Assembly: GCA_017435905.1 (NCBI GenBank)
Contig: JAFSEB010000046.1
Location: forward strand, 1,186-65,185
Length of the DNA: 64,000 nt
From: Clostridia bacterium
GTDB taxonomy: Bacteria > Bacillota > Clostridia > Christensenellales > CAG-138
Direction: 5' to 3'
In this document: positions 59,585-64,000 of the stretch, in pieces
Numbering within the stretch: the first letter of the stretch is position 1
Layout: every line of letters begins with the position of its first letter
Notes under the pieces: model-generated
Database searches by the model: none
What the model saw: only the letters and a program-made list of their open reading frames with translations
What the model was told of the DNA's origin: nothing
Made by a program: the position numbers and the translations under genes

Positions 59585-60382
59585 TTACAGGATGAACTGC
59601 ACGGCACGGAGCACATCCTCGAAATCCTTGGTCTCGAGCACCACGGTGCGGTCGCCCACAAGGCGGCAGCCCGGGAAGTAGGAGCGGCGCACCGCATCCT
59701 TATGCTCCTTGTAGCTGACTTCGAACACGAATTCTTCCGGCAGGGCGATCTTCGCCTCCGCAAGCTCTTCCTTCATGGCAGCTTCCGCCTGCTCACGGAT
59801 CAGCTTGCAGGAAAGCTTCGGGTTCAGGCAGCGGGTGGAGCCGCCGAAGCCGTCCTTCACCGCCACGGTGTGCAGTTTCGGGTGCAGGCCCTCGCTGTCC
59901 TCGGTGAGCATCTTGTCGCCGCAAAGAAGCACGGTGGGCACGCCCTTCATGGCGCAGGCCCAGCTGAAGAGCAGGAACTCGGAGCAGACCATGCCGTTGA
60001 GCTTCACGGAAGTGGTCTTGGTGGTAAAGGTATGGGAAAGGGGATTGCCGTTGCGGCCCGCTGCGCTGTGGTAGCCCACGAACATGGCAGCATCAAAGCT
60101 TTCGTCCACGCCGTCCGCCATGCCGAGGGGAGCGCCGCTCCAGCCGCGGATGACTTCCACGCACTCGGGCAGCTCGTTCACATCGAGATTGACGGCATAA
60201 TCATGGGCGTCGTTCACAAGGATGTAGTCCGCACCGGCGGCGATGGCGCCTTCGCAGGCAGCCTTGACTTCCGCAGTCATCTGCTTTGCGGCGGCAGCAT
60301 ACATATGGTGCCCAAGCTCGGTCTCATCCCAAAGGGTAGTAAAGGTGGTACCCTCGATATCGGCACTGATAAAAACACGCAT
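59585..60382 (-). CDS. M55-family D-aminopeptidase (DppA-like), copy 2 (tandem paralog)
   Basis: MRVFISADIEGTT...NDAHDYA...FVGYHSAAGRNGNPLSHT. Collinear with copy 1 over the full length. Confidence 0.85.
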   Translation of the reverse strand: MRVFISADIEGTTFTTLWDETELGHHMYAAAAKQMTAEVKAACEGAIAAGADYILVNDAHDYAVNLDVNELPECVEVIRGWSGAPLGMADGVDESFDAAMFVGYHSAAGRNGNPLSHTFTTKTTSVKLNGMVCSEFLLFSWACAMKGVPTVLLCGDKMLTEDSEGLHPKLHTVAVKDGFGGSTRCLNPKLSCKLIREQAEAAMKEELAEAKIALPEEFVFEVSYKEHKDAVRRSYFPGCRLVGDRTVVLETKDFEDVLRAVQFIL

Positions 60383-60595
60383 TTGAACGATCCTCCTGTA
60401 GATTTGGTTTACTTCTTCATTATCCGTATTTTACCATCCGAACACAAGCCCCATTTGTCGGTTTTTGCAACTTTCTTTCCAATGGGATACTTTTTCCCTC
60501 TTGAAAAAAACCGCACTTTGCAGCATGATTAACAGGATGCGCCCTTCCCCTTCCGGCCGAAGGCGCAGTATTTGAACAAAGAAAGGATATCCCCC

Positions 60596-60865
60596 ATGAG
60601 TATTTTTGAAGCTGTCATGCTGCTTTGTTTCGGCCTTGCGTGGCCCATTTCCCTCGTAAAATCCTACCGCAGCCGCTCCACAGGCGGCAAAAGCCCCCTG
60701 TTTTCCGTGGCGATCATCGTCGGCTATATCTCGGGCATCATCCACAAGCTCATGTTCAACCCCGATATCGTGATGGCGCTTTACATCCTCAACCTGCTCA
60801 TGGTCAGCGCAGACCTTGCGCTTTGGTTCCGCAACCGCCGCATCGAAAAGCGCCAGGCCGCATAA
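60596..60865 (+). CDS. Small 3-TM membrane protein, PQ-loop/SemiSWEET-like
   Basis: 89 aa. TM1 ends in GLAWPISLVKSYRSRSTGGKS, which resembles the PQ-loop pattern (FAPQ..K..R.R.T.G.S). Two further TM helices follow. Confidence 0.5.
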   Translation: MSIFEAVMLLCFGLAWPISLVKSYRSRSTGGKSPLFSVAIIVGYISGIIHKLMFNPDIVMALYILNLLMVSADLALWFRNRRIEKRQAA

Positions 60866-60877
60866 AAATTCGAAAAA

Positions 60878-60911
60878 GAGCCTCTGTCTCAAAAGAGAGA
60901 GGCTCTTTTTT
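60878..60911. terminator. Bidirectional terminator
   Basis: GAGCCTCT-12 nt-AGAGGCTC with an A-run upstream and TTTTTT downstream. Confidence 0.8.
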
Positions 60912-60920
60912 ATTATTTGT

Positions 60921-61658
60921 TTATGCCCGTTCGCCGAATTCGTGCTCCTTCACATAGGAAAGGAACAGCTGCATGGCATTGGAAAGCCATTTATCACGGT
61001 GATGGATCAGCTGCTTCCAGATCTCCGTTTTCACATCCACCACATCAAGGTACACAAGCATTCCCTCCCTTACCTGTTTCTCGGTGGTAAAGTCCGGCAG
61101 GTAAGAGATGCAGTCGTTTTCCTCCAGCAGCCTGATGATGATATCCGTTCTGCCCACCTCAAGGATGGGGGTGATCTCAATGGAACGCCTGGCAAGTTCC
61201 TTATCGAGCACACGCCTGTAGCCCATGCCCTTCTCCGTCAGGATGAAGGGCGCATCCGCGATATCCCGGATGGAGAGACCCTTTTTCCCCGCAAAGCGGG
61301 AACGGGGATTCGCCACAAAGTGCACCCCTGCCGCTTCTTCCTTTGCGATCACGTATTCCTTGCGGTAAATGTGGTTATCAAGGGTAATGACGGCATCCGC
61401 CTCGTTGCGGTCGAGCATATCGAACATCACCGCCGTGTCGGCGTTGGTGAACTTCAGGTCGATACCGGGATAGTGGCGGTGAAAATCCGCATAGTTGCGA
61501 AGAAGCATATCCTCACAGACGGAATCCGGCGTCACGAAATGGATGTAGCCCGCAGGCACCTCCGGCGAGCTGATGCGCTGCATGAAGGCGTCCGTCAGTG
61601 CGGTGATCTCGTGGGCATAGGCAAGAAGCTGCCTTCCCCTGTCCGTCAGGGAAATGGA
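60921..61658 (-). pseudogene. LysR-family regulator remnant lacking the N-terminal wHTH DNA-binding domain
   Basis: Homology begins at SISLTDRGRQLLAYAHEI, the LT..G..L segment that normally sits ~60 aa into LysR proteins. It continues through a full substrate-binding domain. The upstream 22 codons of the ORF are non-LysR sequence. Confidence 0.7.
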
Positions 61659-62184
61659 AGCGCTCACCGTGGGCTTTGAAGAGACCATGGATCTTGATGT
61701 GATCTCCCAGGGCCCCCGGTTCATCGATTACTGCGTGAAGGAGCTTGACTCCCTCGGCGTGCCCGTGATCACCCCCGGCGTCGGTCTTGGCGCCCACATC
61801 GATGCCAGCGACTTCGTTTCCCACATTCCGCAGGAACAGTACCCTGCCGGCGCCCTCGTGTGTGCGCTGTACCTTTGCAGCGGCATCCGCAGCATGGAGC
61901 GCGGCACCCTTTCCGAAGAGCGCAATGCGGACGGCAGTGAGCGCTTCGCTTCCATGGAGCTTGTGCGCCTTGCTCTCCCCCGCCGTGTGTTCACCCTTTC
62001 CCAGGTGGAATACGTCATTGACCGTGTAAAGTGGCTCTTTGACCACAGGGATCTCATCGGCGGTCTGCGCTTCGTGCATGAGCCCAAGACCCTCCGCTTC
62101 TTCACCGGCAGGCTTGAGCCCGTGTCCGATTGGCCGGAGAAGCTCGTTGCCGCATACAAGGCGGATTTCGGCGAGGATCAGTAA
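61654..62184 (+). pseudogene. tnaA: Tryptophanase / tyrosine phenol-lyase (beta-eliminating lyase) C-terminal fragment, ~176 of ~460 aa
   Basis: MEALTVGFEETMDLDVISQGPRFIDY...HIPQEQYPAGAL...ELVRLALPRRVFT...FVHEPKTLRFFTGRLEP aligns by eye with the C-terminal third of TnaA. The PLP-lysine region is absent. Confidence 0.7.
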
Positions 62185-62263
62185 AAAAAGACTTTCCACC
62201 CATAATTGACAGCGCAAAAGACCTCATTTATACTGTTTTTACGGATAAAGGAGGTCTTCTTTT

Positions 62264-62920
62264 ATGGATTTTCGGGATCATTTCCCCATGTGGGATAAGC
62301 TTACCGCTGCGCAGCAGCAGCGGCTTTCCGGCCCGTCTTTTTCCCGTACGGTGGGAAAAGGGACCATCCTTCACGACGGCAGCGAATGCACCGGTCTTCT
62401 GCTCATTCGCTCCGGGCGGATCAGGGGCTACATCCTTTCCCCCGAGGGGCGTGAGATCACCATTTACCGCCTGTTTGAACGTGACATCTGCATGGTGAGC
62501 GCATCCTGCATCATGAACAGCCTGCAGTTTGACATCACCATTGAAACGGAAACGGAGGCGGAGCTTTGCGTCATTCCGCCGGATGCCTTCCGGGATGTGA
62601 TGCAGGCAAGCGCACCCCTTGCCAACTACATGAACGAGATCATGGGTGCCCGGCTGTCGGAAGCCATGTGGCGCATCGAGCAGATCCTCTGGAAAAGCAT
62701 GGATAAGCGCATTGCCGCCCTGCTGCTGGAGGAATCCGTCATTGAAGAAAGCACCACGCTGCACATCACCCATGAAACCATTGCCAACCACCTTGGCACC
62801 CACCGTGAGGTGGTCACAAGGCTGATGCGCTATTTCCAGAGCGATGGGCTTTTGCGCCTTTCCCGGGGCACGGTGGAGCTGCTCGACGAGAAAAAGCTCC
62901 GTGAACTGTGCGATCAATAA
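62264..62920 (+). CDS. Crp/Fnr-family transcriptional regulator
   Basis: cNMP-binding-like N-terminal domain and a C-terminal HTH (ETIANHLGTHREVVTRLMRYFQSDGLL). Confidence 0.85.
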   Translation: MDFRDHFPMWDKLTAAQQQRLSGPSFSRTVGKGTILHDGSECTGLLLIRSGRIRGYILSPEGREITIYRLFERDICMVSASCIMNSLQFDITIETETEAELCVIPPDAFRDVMQASAPLANYMNEIMGARLSEAMWRIEQILWKSMDKRIAALLLEESVIEESTTLHITHETIANHLGTHREVVTRLMRYFQSDGLLRLSRGTVELLDEKKLRELCDQ

Positions 62921-62931
62921 TGCGAAATAAA

Positions 62932-62969
62932 CCACTGCCCCGCTTTCTTAGGCGGGGCAGTGGTTTTTT
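62932..62969. terminator. Bidirectional terminator between the crp/fnr-like gene and trxA
   Basis: CCACTGCCCCGC-tttcttag-GCGGGGCAGTGG followed by TTTTTT. Confidence 0.85.
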
Positions 62970-63007
62970 ATGTTCATGATGACAGAGGAGAGTGTTTCTG
63001 CTTTCTT

Positions 63008-63316
63008 TTATACGACCATCTCAAGGATCTCCTCCTTGGGCTTGGCGCCCACGGAGCGCTTCACGGCTTTGCCTTCCTTGACGACCACCAGCGTCGGGAT
63101 GCTCATGACACGGAACTGTCTTGCAAGCTCCGGTTCCTCATCCACGTTCACCTTGCCGACCTTGATATCCTGCCTTTCCTCGGCGATCTCCTCCACAAGG
63201 GGTACCACCATCCTGCAGGGGCCGCACCAGGGTGCCCAGAAATCGAGCAGCACCGGCTTTTCGCTGTTGAGTACTTCTTCATTAAAATTGTTTTTATTGA
63301 TGTTCAGAGCGGACAT
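63008..63316 (-). CDS. trxA: Thioredoxin
   Basis: WAPWCGPCRM active site, 102 aa. Confidence 0.95.
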   Translation of the reverse strand: MSALNINKNNFNEEVLNSEKPVLLDFWAPWCGPCRMVVPLVEEIAEERQDIKVGKVNVDEEPELARQFRVMSIPTLVVVKEGKAVKRSVGAKPKEEILEMVV

Positions 63317-63468
63317 TTTCTGTTCCTCCTTGGTCTCTTTCTTTTGATGGCCTTAGTATACCCGTTTTTTTGAAAGCCTTCCGTGATGAGATCACATTTC
63401 TCTTCGCCTTGCCGCCCTTTCACCGCTGTGCTATACTGGTTTTTGAATAAAAAAGGAGAGAACACACC

Positions 63469-64000
63469 ATGCTGCAGGATCTTTCATTCGGCACGCTCGA
63501 TAACCAGTACAAATATCAGCTGCCCGGGGAGGACGATATCGCCGTCTGCATCCGTGGCGGAGAGATCCTCGTCCGCCGGGATGAAAACGGTCTTCTTCAT
63601 CTGCCCACCGTGGGCGAAGCATCGCTTTGGCTTGCAGGCTGGCAGCTTTGGTTCGACGAGCCCTTCCGCTATGCCTTCACCATGCAGGAAAAGCGTTATT
63701 TCCTTTATTTCGGCGCAGCAGGCGACTGTGCGGACGAACGGTATGCATACATCCCTGCCGCAAAGCTCCGGGAGCCTGCCTCCAGGGATGCCTGCCACGC
63801 CATGATGACCGCATGGCACATTTACTGCTGGTACCGTAACAACCGCTTCTGCGGCAGGTGCGGCGCCCCCACAAAGCACGATGACAAGGAGCGCATGATG
63901 CGCTGCGCCGCCTGCGGCAACATGATCTTCCCCCGCATCGCCCCGGCTGCCATCATCGGCGTCACCCACGGGGACAAGCTGCTTTTAAGCAAATACGCCA
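63469..64000 (+). CDS. nudC: NADH pyrophosphatase (NudC-like Nudix hydrolase), N-terminal part. Continues beyond the window end
   Basis: Absent from the ORF track because it runs off the edge. The ATG at 63469 follows AAAGGAGAG. MLQDLSFGTLDNQY...NRFCGRCGAPTKHDDKERMMRCAACGNMIFPRIAPAAI (zinc ribbon preceding the Nudix fold). Confidence 0.75.
   Translation, partial: MLQDLSFGTLDNQYKYQLPGEDDIAVCIRGGEILVRRDENGLLHLPTVGEASLWLAGWQLWFDEPFRYAFTMQEKRYFLYFGAAGDCADERYAYIPAAKLREPASRDACHAMMTAWHIYCWYRNNRFCGRCGAPTKHDDKERMMRCAACGNMIFPRIAPAAIIGVTHGDKLLLSKYA

Overview
This 64-kb window looks like chromosomal DNA from a high-GC, Gram-positive anaerobe. Clostridia or Oscillospiraceae-like is my inference from GGAGG-type ribosome-binding sites (RBS), T-box leaders, type III glutamine synthetase and desulfoferrodoxin. 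It is densely coded. I found no rRNA, tRNA, CRISPR array or recognisable mobile element.

Gene content, left to right:
- csoR-copA copper efflux. copA runs off the left edge and is missing from the ORF track.
- Opp1, an atypical five-gene Opp/Dpp-family ABC importer, plus a divergent ApbE-like gene.
- A 0.9-kb non-coding, AT-rich region.
- A Cys/Trp-rich repeat lipoprotein.
- A T-box-controlled ilvBNCD-leuACDB-(DUF815 ATPase)-ilvA operon.
- A CarD-like regulator, glnN (type III glutamine synthetase), an RluA-family pseudouridine synthase, prs, a PHP phosphoesterase and ftsH.
- A T-box-controlled long-form ileS.
- A membrane-anchored XRE regulator, dsdA, a CPBP protease and psuG.
- An 18-kb same-strand block holding a second Opp/Dpp system (Opp2). 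It is flanked by a cytoplasmic YkfC-like NlpC/P60 peptidase, a transglutaminase-like protein, a DAP-decarboxylase-family enzyme, a DcyD/ACC-deaminase-family enzyme and an Asp/Glu racemase. It also holds a DmpA-family aminopeptidase, two tandem M55 D-aminopeptidases, an EamA transporter, desulfoferrodoxin and an SDR.
- A LysR/tryptophanase deletion scar, a Crp/Fnr regulator, trxA and nudC (runs off the right edge).

Main hunting results:
1. Five CsoR-type operators (ATACCC-N5-GGGTAT) lie at the csoR promoter, upstream of Opp1 (three sites, two embedded in face-to-face TTGACA promoters) and in the promoter of the Cys/Trp-rich lipoprotein. This suggests an undescribed copper-responsive unit.
2. 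The Opp components carry unusual additions. These are a ~240-aa coiled-coil insert in one ATPase, a membrane hairpin on the other, a giant loop in one permease and two tandem beta-sandwich-like repeats in another.
3. The Opp2 block reads like a murein-peptide and D-amino-acid salvage pathway.

All functional calls come from reading motifs by eye. No database search was run.
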